From Podarcis tiliguerta (Eukaryota): 64,000 nt of DNA. Made by a program: the position numbers and the translations under genes. The stretch lies in the NCBI GenBank assembly GCA_965153285.1, contig OZ229114.1. One strand, given 5' to 3'. Below the pieces are notes generated by a model that saw only the letters and a list, made by a program, of their open reading frames with translations, ran no database searches and was not told the DNA's origin. This document shows, piece by piece, positions 35,121 through 47,058 of the stretch (position 1 is the first letter of the stretch; the number at the start of each line of letters is the position of its first letter).

Positions 35121-38100
35121 TTCTTAGCCTTGCGAGCAGGCTGAGTACCTGCCATCACGCTCTCTAAGAGACGCTGGTGGGGAAAATGCCAAGAGTTCCC
35201 GCCCTTATGTATCCTTTGCACTGTGGGAGGTGCTAATCAATGCTACCTCATTTCCACGTGGGGACCTCTAATTATGGGTGGATATTCAAAAAAACTACAG
35301 ACTCTATTGCCTGCACCTGTCACAACCAGACACGTTAAAGGGGGCAGACTGAAGACTAGGAGTTTCGGTGACTGCCACAATATTTCACTTGTATAACCAC
35401 AGCAAGCCCTCAACCTATGCAAGCCCTCAACCTATGTGGGGTTACATTCCAGGAATCATGCCTAAATCAAAATTCACATATCATCAAAACACATTAGGTT
35501 CAATGGCAGGTGGGATTGCCAAAGTCTTTTTTCCTGGATGCTTGTCCTCTTTTTAATTATGTTTTAATTTGCCAAGCGCATATAGCTAAATGTGCACCAG
35601 TTAAATGTGTAAGTCTCTCTCTTTCTAATTTTAACAATAGGTGTAATGTTTCATAGTTTTAAGTATTTTAGTATAGGATTTTTTTTAAAAAAGGTTCTAT
35701 ACCGTGAACTACTCTGGTCCCACCTAGATGAAGAGTAGTGTATACATGTTTTAAACAAATAAAATAACAATTATGAATATAACATCACATTTTATTACAT
35801 GGTCACAGGCCCTGTAAAAACATGAACACTTTCCCCTCCATATTCTTTCAGCATTTAAATAACATATGAAAACCCTACTGGATCACACTTAGAGTCCATG
35901 GAGTTCAACCTCCTTTTGCTAATGGTGGCCAGCCAAATGCTTCTGAAGATTCCACAAGCAGGACACTTAAGAACATATTGAAAATAAAAATAAGTTTTGC
36001 TGAGCATCTCAGTGAATAGCTGTTGACATTCCTGTTGTCCAGTTTTTTTGTGCTTGCACCATTGATGATCTGGTCCTTTATCCTTGTCCTTGTATTTTGT
36101 AGAATAATGTCTGGCACCTAATACAACCTTTCTGATGTAGTGAACACAGGTGTGAACTCTTTACAGCAAAGAGAGTTCATTCATCTTGAGTAATGCTCCT
36201 CTTCCATGTCATGAATTGCAAATGTATGTTTAGTGGGGTGGCATAATTATAAACAGCCTCCTCACTCCCTTCTCTGTCCTCAGCAATGTCAACGGTGGTG
36301 GCAGCTCCCACAGAGACGGTCTCAACACAGTGTAGTGTCAGAAGTTGCTTCCCATGCCAGAGTGGTGGTACCACCTGTCCCCAATGCTGTGACCAACCGG
36401 GCTGTAGGGCGCTGGCTCCTAATATGCAGTGGTACTGTGGCCGGAGCTGTGGTGTTGGGTGGTGTCACTAGGTAAGGAAAATTAACACCTCCTCTTCAAG
36501 CCTTTACTATATTTTATTTACCCTTGACGCTATGGTTCTCCAACTGTCATAGATTGTATCTTTCTGCAACCAGCAGAGATCTTCCTAGGGGCATTGCTTC
36601 CTCTTGGTCATGCCAGTGTGTGGGCCTAAACTAACTTCTGGTATCTCTCTGCCCTTTGAATGCCTGTGTCTACCCTTATTTTATAAATGCATTGTAGATA
36701 AACAATGCAGGCAGTAAAAGAAAGGTGGGATTAAAGGGTAACAAATAAATACTTTTTGTACTTACAGTCATAACAACCTTTTGAGGTATGGTAGTTAATT
36801 TAGACTATTTCAGAATTTAAAAGGTGTGATTACATATATATTTGCATCTAATTGATCACCGGTATGTTTGTGTGTAGTCAGACTTTGCATCTGCATTGCC
36901 TCCAGTGTCTGAATTTTCCCATTGTGGCTTCATTCTGCTTTTCTAGATAGATGGATACACATGCACACACCATTATATCCCACATTGATAGCATCTTCCC
37001 TCAGTGGTGTGTCATTGTTGTTCTTTCCTTCTCAGGCTAACAGAGTCTGGGCTTTCAATGGTTGACTGGCATCTCGTGCGGGAGATGAAGCCTCCTCGGA
37101 CACAGCAGGAGTGGGAAGCAGAATTCCAAAACTACCAGCAATTCCCAGAATTTAAAATGTATGCATGGGTTGAGCTAAAGTTCCTAGAGACTAAATTTAA
37201 AGGGGGGGGGGCTATTCTACTATCCCAGCAAAAGGGAAATGAGAAAAAAATAGTATCTTGAATGCTACTTCTTGATAGAACTTGTCATGGAAAGAGGGGA
37301 ATGGGCAACTACACCTTACTGCAGGGTTTGTTGTTGTTATATAAACCTTCTCTCTGAATCTAACAGCCTGAACCACAACATGACGCTGACAGAGTTCAAA
37401 TTCATCTGGTACATGGAGTATTCACACCGAATGTGGGGACGGCTTGTTGGACTGGCTTACATCCTTCCAGCAGCTTACTTCTGGAGGAAGGGTTACCTCA
37501 ACCGGTCCCTGAAGGGTCGTGTCGTTGCCCTCTGTGGATTTGTCTGCTTCCAGGTGGGAAAGACCACTGGGACCTTGAAATTGTTAAATGAATCATTAAA
37601 TTACTCTGCCCAAGATAACTGAGATAGAACATGAAAGGCATTGATCCTTTGCACGCTCCAGGAGCTGATTTGTATGTGATCTTAGGTCTCTGGTGCACAG
37701 AAGCCCAGCAGAAGCTTCAGATCATGGTGCTTGGAGTGTTGTTAGATCTTAGTTCCTTGGAAGAGAATGTACATGATATTGGCAGGAGCAAAAGTGGTCT
37801 TAATTTCATGCCTCTATGGTACTTTTTCTTTGTTTTGGCAGGGCCTATTGGGCTGGTATATGGTAAAAAGTGGATTAGAGGAAAAGCCAGACTCTCATGA
37901 TATCCCACGGGTCAGTCAGTACCGTCTAGCCGCACACCTGGGCTCTGCACTTGTTCTTTACTGCTACAGCCTGTGGACTGGACTCTCATTACTGCTGCCG
38001 CAGCACAAGGTAAGCGAAAAGTGAGGCAGATCGGGGGCATGTATTGAGTCCCAGTTGGGCCAAGAAAGCCTGTACACCAATTGTGCCTTTGGAGGGAGGC

Positions 38101-40853
38101 ACACTGCCACTGTGCAGACCAAACTGCCACTGTATCCTACATGTGCTCAGCCTGGAAGAGGAAAATTAGAAATCTTGGGAAATGTCAAAGAGATAACGTT
38201 CCTGGAAACACCACCAAAGCTTACCAGTCAAGAACTCCGTTAGCACTGACACTCCCATGCATAGAGGGAGGCAATGAACTTGCAGTGGGAGGCACACACT
38301 CCTGCATCACATGCAAAACTAGCGCCTGTTGCCAATTCTCATATTAGGTAGGGTTTCACTTCTCAGGTAGGGTTTCAAATCCCTTTATGGTGCTCACAGC
38401 CACTGCTTCGGAGCATCACACGAAAAGGGAAGAAAGGAGAGCCCACACAACACTGCACCCTCATAGTTCACTTGGTAGGATGGCCTCTTAAGAGGGTAGT
38501 TATTTAAGAAAGCATAGCAGGAGAAATGCAGACTGAGAAGAATTCAGCCTGGCATGAGCTATTCCAGTTCTTACAGTGCAGTCTGCCACAACTTCCCCAG
38601 TTCTAGCAAGGCCGCATCCTTGCCACAGAAGATATTGCCATGCACTTTTGCCCTACACATCCAGGCAGTAGATGCTTCTGGGGCCTGTGGATCTGGTCTT
38701 GGGTATGGTGACTTGACAGTAGGATTAAATCAAGCATGCAGATGCTATCTGGCTGCTTCCAAGAACGCCTGGTGATTTCTAGAAAATTTGGTAGATTTGG
38801 GTTCATAGATATAATTGGATGTAAGCCGTGTCCATTAAGGGCCGTGCAGCATAACAGCTGAGTGAGAAGAGCAGAAGTCCTTGCTGCCTTAGCCATTGAG
38901 AGTGAAATAAATACGTTCCTCTTCTGTCAGGAGTCTTATTGGAAACGTGTATATATGCTGAGCCTATGGAACACTAGTTTCCTTTGCACATGCTCCCTTT
39001 AGAATATATAAAAAGGCCATTGCATATTCTTGTGATCCTCCTCCTGTTTTGACAGTTACCAGAAACCCGTCAACTCCTGCGCCTAAGAAGGTTTGCTCAT
39101 GGAACATCAGGCCTGATCTTTCTCACTGCCCTCTCAGGTAAAAGTCCCTGTCACTTTTGCACCAATCTCTTTCTTTTGAGAAGCAATAGGTAGCATGGTC
39201 ATGGATGTGTGTTTCTTGCTTCATTTCCCATTGGGAGGGTCTAGACTTTTTCAGTTCCAGGTTACTGAAATGCTTCCTCTTCATGCTGGTCAGACAACAT
39301 CACTGGGAACTGTTTTGTGGCCTTGAGGGAAGGACCTAAAACTCTCACCGTGATGGTTTTTAGGTGGCTTGTTCTATTACATTCATACTTCCAAGTGTGA
39401 CAGACTCTCTTCTCTGGAACTCTAGGGGCATTTGTGGCAGGACTGGATGCTGGTCTTGTATACAATTCATTTCCCAAGATGGGGGAACGCTGGATCCCTG
39501 ATGATCTCCTTGCCTTTTCCCCAAAGTTGAAGAACATATTTGAGAATCCCACAACCGTGCAGTTTGATCACAGGATTCTGGTATGTTTCTTCCTCTTTAT
39601 GCTCTTAGATAACACCTCTTTTTAATTGGTTTGCTGTTTGGGGGTTTGTGTTCATTCCAGGTGGCAGTGTACCTGGGAGTGTGGGAAGGCACACTCTTAA
39701 CTCAGAGTAGAGCACTTGCTTACATGCCTAAAGTACTGGTTTCCATCTCCACTGTCTCTAATTAAAGGGCGCAAGTTACAAAGGGGGGGGGGGTGTTAGT
39801 CTAAACATTAAGGAGAACATTATGATGACATGAGTTGTTTGAAAGAGGAGCAGACTGCCCCAGAAGTGATGGACTCTTTTTCAGAGGCTGGATGGTCAGG
39901 GATGCTGTAGTAGTGAGGTTCCTGCATTGCCTTTGGACTAGATGACCTTCTAAGATCCCTTCCAACTCCACTTCTAAGCCCTTTCTTTGTTGTCATTGCA
40001 AAGCTTCTCTGGTTCCCTCACTGGATATTTACTCTTTTCCCTTTAGGGAGTTTCCTCTGTCGCAGCCATTACAGGTCTGTACCTGTTTTCCAGGAAGATT
40101 CCTCTCCCACGTAGGACAAGGATGGCAGTTGCTTCCTTACTGGCTGTGGCATACCTCCAGGTATTAATTATGCCCTTTAAAACACCCTTTTAATTGTCAC
40201 TTAGTAGAGTCCTCTGATGGAATGGCACGTTTCCCCTTCCTTCCAGGTAGGTGCCTGCCTTCTTGTCACTGATAATGCTATCTTGGTTGCTGGTCTCAGG
40301 CATTTAAAACTGAAATTGGTGGGGACCAATTTTTATTTATTTATTTATTTGGCTTTGAAGAACAAAGGGGGAAAATAGAGCTGCAGTCGTGCTCTTCTGT
40401 GGAAATATTGCACAGTGCTATGGTCACTGCCCTTCTCTGCCTTCTGGGTTTAAACTGAGACGGTATGGGGGAACATCAGTGCAGTTTCATTAGCATTGTA
40501 TCACGAAGCACTGTGACAGCTACCTCATCCTGTAGCAGGTTATTTACAGTGGGAGAGAGACAACATATAAAAATCCCCGTACCAATTGCTTATGAAGCTT
40601 CTTGTGTATAATTCTGTGCAATTGGAATACAATGTAGTTGCACATACTGTACTTCTACATTTCATTGATAAGCAAACTTTGCTTACGTCTGAAACTTCAT
40701 TTTATTCTTGCTCCTCTGCAGGTTACCCTGGGCATCAGCACACTTCTCCTGTATGTCCCAACTCCTTTAGCAGCCACTCATCAATCAGGTTCCCTGGTAT
40801 TGCTCAGTGTGGCGTTGTGGCTGATGCATGAACTGAAGCGGATCCCGAAATAA
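34941..40853 (+). CDS. COX15: Heme A synthase COX15, 9 exons, 406 aa
   Basis: Exons: 34941-35012, 36284-36471, 37036-37158, 37367-37553, 37842-38009, 39056-39137, 39426-39580, 40047-40160, 40722-40853 (1221 nt, ends TAA). Arg/Leu-rich mitochondrial presequence [14 protein letters not shown]. Motifs [46 protein letters not shown]. Confidence 0.96.
39835..39970 (+). mobile_element. CR1 LINE 3' fragment
   Basis: TTCCTGCATTG...TTGGACTAGATGACC...CCCTTCCAACTC terminus. Confidence 0.55.
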
Positions 40854-41389
40854 CCCTGCTTCCCTATTTAGCCAGCTTCTTTCCTAGTGCTGAAGGTTCA
40901 CGGTTGCTGCCTTTGCCCCACGTGTTGTATGCTCCTCTTCTTGAAAGCCTTAATTTGAATAGAAGGTGAGGCTGAGCAGCACCTTGATGTCATGAGTTGA
41001 AGTGCTTTGTTGCAAAACTTGGTGAACATGAATCACCATCCTTAAGGTGTGAGGTGTAAGGCGGGCTCTGGCAAGAATGATGGTCATTTGAGGTGTGTCT
41101 TGCTTCCTGCTGAGCTGTCTGTATGAGGCTACAGCCATGAGCCTTTTACATTCTGTGTAGGCTGGACATAGAGAATGGATTATGGGGTGAGTGGGCTTAG
41201 AAATTTGGATGAACAGCAAATGAAGGCATTTCAAAACTATTATAAGGGTGATGGGTGGCATAGTTTGTGGATTTTCTTTAGCAGAATGGGGTTTGAGTGC
41301 AATTTTTTGAGTGCAATTTTTTGCATTAGAATATTGAAATGTGCACTGTAATTTAACCATGCAGAAGACCCACAGTCCTTTCCTTATTT

Positions 41390-41395
41390 AATAAA
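41390..41395 (+). terminator. COX15 polyadenylation signal
   Basis: First AATAAA I found after the stop, about 540 nt downstream. Confidence 0.55.
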
Positions 41396-42759
41396 AAAGG
41401 TTTCTCAATATTTCTCAGTATCTCAGTATTTTAAAACTGACTGTTCTTACAATGTTCCTATGCAATGTACCTTCATAAGAAACTCTGCTGCAGCAAACCA
41501 AAGGCCCCATCAAGTCCATCATCTTGTTCTCAGTGGCCAACCAGATGCCTGTGGCAGCTTTCAAGCAGGCACATGAGTGGGTTGATTTGGAACACGTTTC
41601 ATTAACATCAATATCCACAAAGGATTTTTTATGGGGAGGGGAGGGGGAGAGTAAATGCTGCAAATGAGTAAATAAACATAACTAGCAGCAGAGAACATAT
41701 CTAACAATTCTGGTGGATCAGGTGACTTCCTAGACTTGGGTAGACCCCTGAGAAACTTGTATTACACATTTATCCCTTTCCTTCTCAGTGGGTTGACCTG
41801 CTACAATGGGTAGATGGCTTTTCACTCATTGCTGAAGCCCTTAATTCTTTCCTGGGCAGTGCTGCTACACTCAACTTCACAGTCTCTCACTTTGCTTCAT
41901 TTCCCTAAAAAGCCCTATCATGTACCCTACAATTCAGAGTTGTACTACACTACTGCAGTTCCCTACCGCTGCCTCTCGGCAAAATGAGCCTAACATGAAA
42001 TCAGCTCCAGCCCAGCCTGCTTCAATATTGGTATAATTATGGCAGGTTGGCAGCAGAGTATCTTTTAAAGTGTTTGCAGATGTGTGTGGGGGGGGGGGGG
42101 GTTGATATGAAATGTGACTTTGAAAGATGATGGACTACTTACTGTCTTTGCTGCTACATTTTTCTTTTATACATTACTTGCCAGTATTGGATACCTGAAT
42201 TGTTTTCAGTGGGGTAGCATTCACTTCACCAGCAGTGAAGACCGGCATAAAAGGCTTTAAACCAAACCCAAGAGCGGAGACACAGGTGTTTCACTCAAGT
42301 GTTAAATTGGCTAGATCTACTTTCCTTAATGTCATCCATTGCTTCATTCATTAGCTAGAAACCAATGAATGCGCTTAGTGAGAGCCCGGATACTGAGAGG
42401 GGATGGGTCTCAGAAGGAGAAGGAACTGATACTGGTTTCTATGTATTAGTTATGTTGCAGCAATGCAACATTTTTATACATAACATCATATTCGTAAAAT
42501 TTTCTGATCAGCTTGTTTTCTGTACACCACTTAGAAGATTTTTTTTGTATATTTTAAGTGTTATAGAAATGGCCTAAAATGGATAGAAACCCTGAAAGGT
42601 TGGAGGGGTAAGTCTTCTCACAAAACAAAGGTGGAGATTGGTGCCTGCACCCTTTTGTTCATATCTGGGTCTACAAATTCTATAACCTTTCTGTAGAGCA
42701 GGGGGAGGGGGAGAGTAGAAACCTGTAAATCTGGTGATCATGGCTCATTAGAGGGAGCA

Positions 42760-43265
42760 ACTACCGCAACCGCGGCGGACGCCTATACGATGCCCTTGCC
42801 TGCAACGACTCGAGTAAGATTCGACCTGCCTTCTCCGCTCCTCGCAATACACCCTCCGAGGCAGCAGGGGGCGGTACGAAACAGCTCCATTCGGAACCGA
42901 GGCTCCAAAATACGGGGTCGCGAAGGGGGAAAAACACCGGGAGGGCGCACGGAGTTCTGATTGGTTGCGGACCGGGCCAGAAGCGAAGGAAGCGACCGGC
43001 GGAGAGGCGGAGACTCACTCTTCTTGCGGTCTCGGCGGCGGCGGCTTCTTGTCCTTCATCCCGTCGGTCGCTCCCAACCTGCCTCGCTATGACGGCGCAC
43101 AGCTTCGCGCTGCCGATCATCCTCTTCTCGGTCTTCTGGGGGCTCGTGGGAATCGCCGGGCCGTGGCTCGTGCCCAAGGGGCCCAACCGCGGGTGAGACT
43201 CCCCGCCCGCGCAGCCTCCGCCCGCCCGATCCATCGCCAGGTCTCCCGGTCATCGCCATCGCCAA
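42760..43265 (+). promoter_or_regulatory. CpG island promoter of ATP6V0E2
   Basis: CpG-rich stretch over exon 1, with a reverse CCAAT box (CTGATTGGTT) around 42957-42966. Confidence 0.75.
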
Positions 43266-44790
43266 ATAGATCAATATATACATTGTGATCTATAATTGCG
43301 AGGGCAGGGTGATGGTGGTCCCTGCTAAAGGCTTTGAGAATATCTATATCTAGATAGATGATTGATAATGTGAGAATGACCTATATATCCAAAAAGATCA
43401 CTATATAGAGATATTGATATATTGGGAGATGACATGACACACACACACACACAGACAAAGCCTTTAGCAGGGATCAGCACCCGCTTCCCCCGCAAGTGCG
43501 ACACTCGCAGGCTTTCCTTCTCCGCAGCCGCCTTTGGCCTTGAAGGAGGCCCGATCCACGGATGCTGTGAACGGGACTCCGCATCGCTTCAGACTGCCAA
43601 GTGGGGGGGGGGATCACATTTATGAGTGCTACCTCGCGTTGGAAACACCAGCGACCCTGCAAATAGCAAACTAGTATAGCAGCCAAAGGGCTGGGCTAGG
43701 GTATATTTCTCTTATGAACATGGTATAAAGGAGCCGGGGTGTGGGAGCAGGGAGGAAGAGCGTTGAGGAGTGCCTGATCTGGGAATCCTTTCTCCTGTGT
43801 GACCCCCTTGACTGTTTCAGTAACAGCACAATGCTATCCATGTCTACTCAGAAGTAATTCCTAATATATTAAGTGGGGTTTACTCCCAGGTAAGTAGGGT
43901 TAGGGTTGCAGCTTTACTCAATCTTTTTTCTTCATTTTTTCACTTCACAGAGTGATTATTACCATGTTGGTGACCACAGCCATTTCCTGCTATCTCTTGT
44001 GAGTATTGCGTAGGGGAGATGGGTGGTGGGTGTAGGGCTGGGTTGTACCCAGCAGGAAACCAACCACCCTCATAACTTTATCTAACTGGCTGCTTCCTGA
44101 ATATTGAGAATCTAGGAAGGAATCCCAAATAGCAGCAGCTCTCCTGTATGCACCACCTTGGAGATGCTCAAGTTTCTTCATGGTTGCCAGGTCCTTATTC
44201 TACACATAGGTGCATAAACAGCCTGCCTCTCTTTCATAAAATAAGCTTTTGGGTAACCTTGGATCATGGTACACTGTCTCTTCCAATATGTCTTGGCATC
44301 ATTCATGCATGATGCTCCCAGGACCCCATATATGAACAAGGAGTGGATTTTGCATCCTATAACAAGCCTTAGACCATCTCTGATCATACACCAAAGCACT
44401 AGACTGTTCTAGCTGCCCTAACATCCTGTCTGGCTCAGCTGTTATGCTAAGCTAGACACTCTCAGGCATAATGCACCAGGGCAGATCTTCTTGTAGTACA
44501 TTTAAAGAACTAGAAGACTTTGCTCCCTATATTATATATCCCTCCTACAGTGATACTGTCCTCTTTATAAGGATAACTATTACTTGCAAAAATGACCTAG
44601 CAGTTACTTGCAAAATATGACTTTTTGTATTTCAGCACTAGTGCAAAAGGAGCTGTGATCCAGTTTATATGTCTCCTTCCTATCTTTCCCTTGCAGCTGG
44701 CTTATAGCGCTCCTGGCCCAGGCCAACCCGCTGTTTGGACCCCAGCTGAAGAATGAGACCATCTGGTATGTGCGCTTCCTGTGGGAGTGA
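43089..44790 (+). CDS. ATP6V0E2: V-type proton ATPase subunit e2, 81 aa, 3 coding exons plus a 3'UTR exon
   Basis: Coding exons 43089-43192, 43951-43998, 44697-44790 (246 nt) give [81 protein letters not shown]. The MTAHSFALP start and YVRFLWE end match the e2 paralog rather than e1. Exon 3 extends to a donor at 44818, UTR exon 4 starts at 45311, and AATAAA is at 45812. Not present in the ORF track. Confidence 0.93.
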
Positions 44791-45811
44791 ACTGGACCAC
44801 TATCAACCAATTCAACAGGTACTTGCTCTGTCCAGCACTACCTAACCTACCTTACTAACACACAAATACATTACACGCAACTCATTAATAGCTTGTAAGA
44901 AAAAGGAATCTATTTGCTTCCAGTTTACAAAGATTCCCTTTCTTGGTTCCTTGCCTGACTCACCTGTCAATGGCATAGCCCAGGGATGGGGAACTTATGG
45001 TTCTCTAGATGTTTTTGGATTCTGACTCCTATTAGCCCAATCCAATATAGCCAGTCAGGGATCATAGTCCAGCCACATGAGAATCATAGGTCCCATCTCT
45101 GGCTTAACCAATAGAACCAGAAAGGTACCTGTAATTTGTCTCCAATAGGGTTGCCACTCTGTGGTTCTATAGGACAAGTCACTTTCTCATTGTCTGTAAA
45201 AGGTAGCTATGTAAATCTCACTGAAAGGGCAACAGGTTGATTGTTCCCAGATATCTTCTATCCTGCTGGGGTAAGGTCAATACTAAGAAATCTTTTTCTC
45301 TTTTTCCTAGGCTTCCTTCTGATGCTAGATAACAGCTCCACCCCTTGTCCTTTCCAGTACTAACTCAACGGATCTTTTGTTTGCACTCTAAATTTCCCCA
45401 CAGCAGTAGGGCCAAGACCCAAACATATGAAGGGACCATTTCATTTGTTTAACCATCTCCCACCTGTTTTAATTGATGCATCTTGGTGGCATCTGCTCTT
45501 GGGTTTGATGTTGTAACTAAATGTCCCTCTTGTGGCAGTTAGGGGAAATGTTTGCATTTTGAAAGTCCTGTAACAAATGCTAAGTTTGAATAATTGCTGA
45601 TGGAGCTCTGGAACACACTCTTGGGCAAGAGACAAGACACCTTCCTTACTTTTACATGGCGATGCTCACCCAGTCGATCTGTTCTCTCCCTATCTTTGTC
45701 CATTAGCAGTGAAGCTGCTGCACTAGGATGCATTTGCCTAGAATTCCCCCTTCCACTATTATTTATAATGTTGTGTATTTGTATTTATTGAATGTAAACT
45801 GGTATCGTGAA

Positions 45812-45817
45812 AATAAA
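45812..45817 (+). terminator. ATP6V0E2 polyadenylation signal
   Basis: AATAAA preceded by TGTA elements and followed by T/GT-rich sequence. Confidence 0.65.
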
Positions 45818-46242
45818 TTTTTTTAGTACGTGAGCTTTCTTTGTCTTCCGTTAAAGAGATCTGATATGGGGCCCAGAAGTGCTTGAAATTCAGCCAGGCT
45901 AATACTCCAGCCTCCATCCATAGCATCTAATTGGTATTGGGCCGAAATCAAAATTGGTGTGTGTTTCCTGACAAGGAGCACTTCAGTAAACTATCTGGGT
46001 GGTGTAAGCAACTAAGCCACTGCAAATTTCCAGACTAGGATTTATGATAGTAACCCTATTGTGTTCAGGACCATACAGCAATAAAGCAAGTTCTTTTCCT
46101 TAGGCCTACAATTGTAGATTGGTTCTCATTCTTGAGCACAGGTGAGAAATTATGGTTTTTACAGCTAGTAGTGATCTACACCAACCAACAAGCTTCCAGC
46201 ACAACTAGCATCAAGAAACTCTGCTTACACAGTTCAGCATAA

Positions 46243-46248
46243 TTTATT
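46243..46248 (-). terminator. ENTPD7 polyadenylation signal
   Basis: AATAAA on the minus strand, about 810 nt after the stop. Confidence 0.55.
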
Positions 46249-47058
46249 GCTACAGTAACTGGAGTTCAAGTATGAAAACAAATTCATAATTTAACTTAGC
46301 CCATAGCTGATTGAGTTTATGGGCTAGGTGTTGTTAAAACAAGTACCAGGGACAGCGTTCCACAGTTCAAGGTGGTCTTCTGTGAAACTTGGAACTGCTG
46401 GAAGCCCCAGTGCCGGGACAACAGCACTGAGACACACTGAATGATGGGTAAATGTGGGATTTGAAAGGAGGGTGTGCAAAATGTATTTCTGGGGAGGAGT
46501 GTGAAGGAAGGCAGCAAATTATCTGCCTTGGATTTTTTAAAAGGTTATTTCTTACCCTCAAGGAATCCTGTTTGCACGACTCCTTTTTTGGTCCTATCAC
46601 AGACATCAACAGGGGGGGCGGGGCGTGCTCATAGTAAAGCATCAGAAAGAACCACTTTCTTTCCTTTTGCGGGAGAGCTGTCCAGTTCTTGGCCACACAA
46701 GGTCCTTCTCCCTCCCTTCCTGAGTAAATCAAGTTTCTTTGGTCACTTTCAGCTATGCTGCCTTTTGCCCACTGTCAAGGGTAACAGAGATCAGCTTCCC
46801 TTGCCTCACAACACCTGCAGCGTGATTCTCCCACAGTGGCTGGGGATTTCAGCCACGGAGGAAAATCCAGAGTCCATTAGGGTTGAGCGGCTTGGGTTAG
46901 GGGGCAAGTCTGAGCAGACACTGTTTAGGCCCTGGGGTTGGGCTGGAGTCCTGCAGAATTCCGGACTAGCCCGCAAGAGAATCACAGCTTCTGGCCCATT
47001 AAAAGCCACTGCCAATAGGGCAGACATGGAGAGAGTTCGCTGAGAGGTAGTTCTTTTG

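Noticed and set aside
34258-35221. Many overlapping ORFs in the CpG islands (also 42761-43288 and 57220-59150)
   Set aside because: Expected from stop-codon scarcity in GC-rich DNA; the products are low-complexity R/G/P/A.
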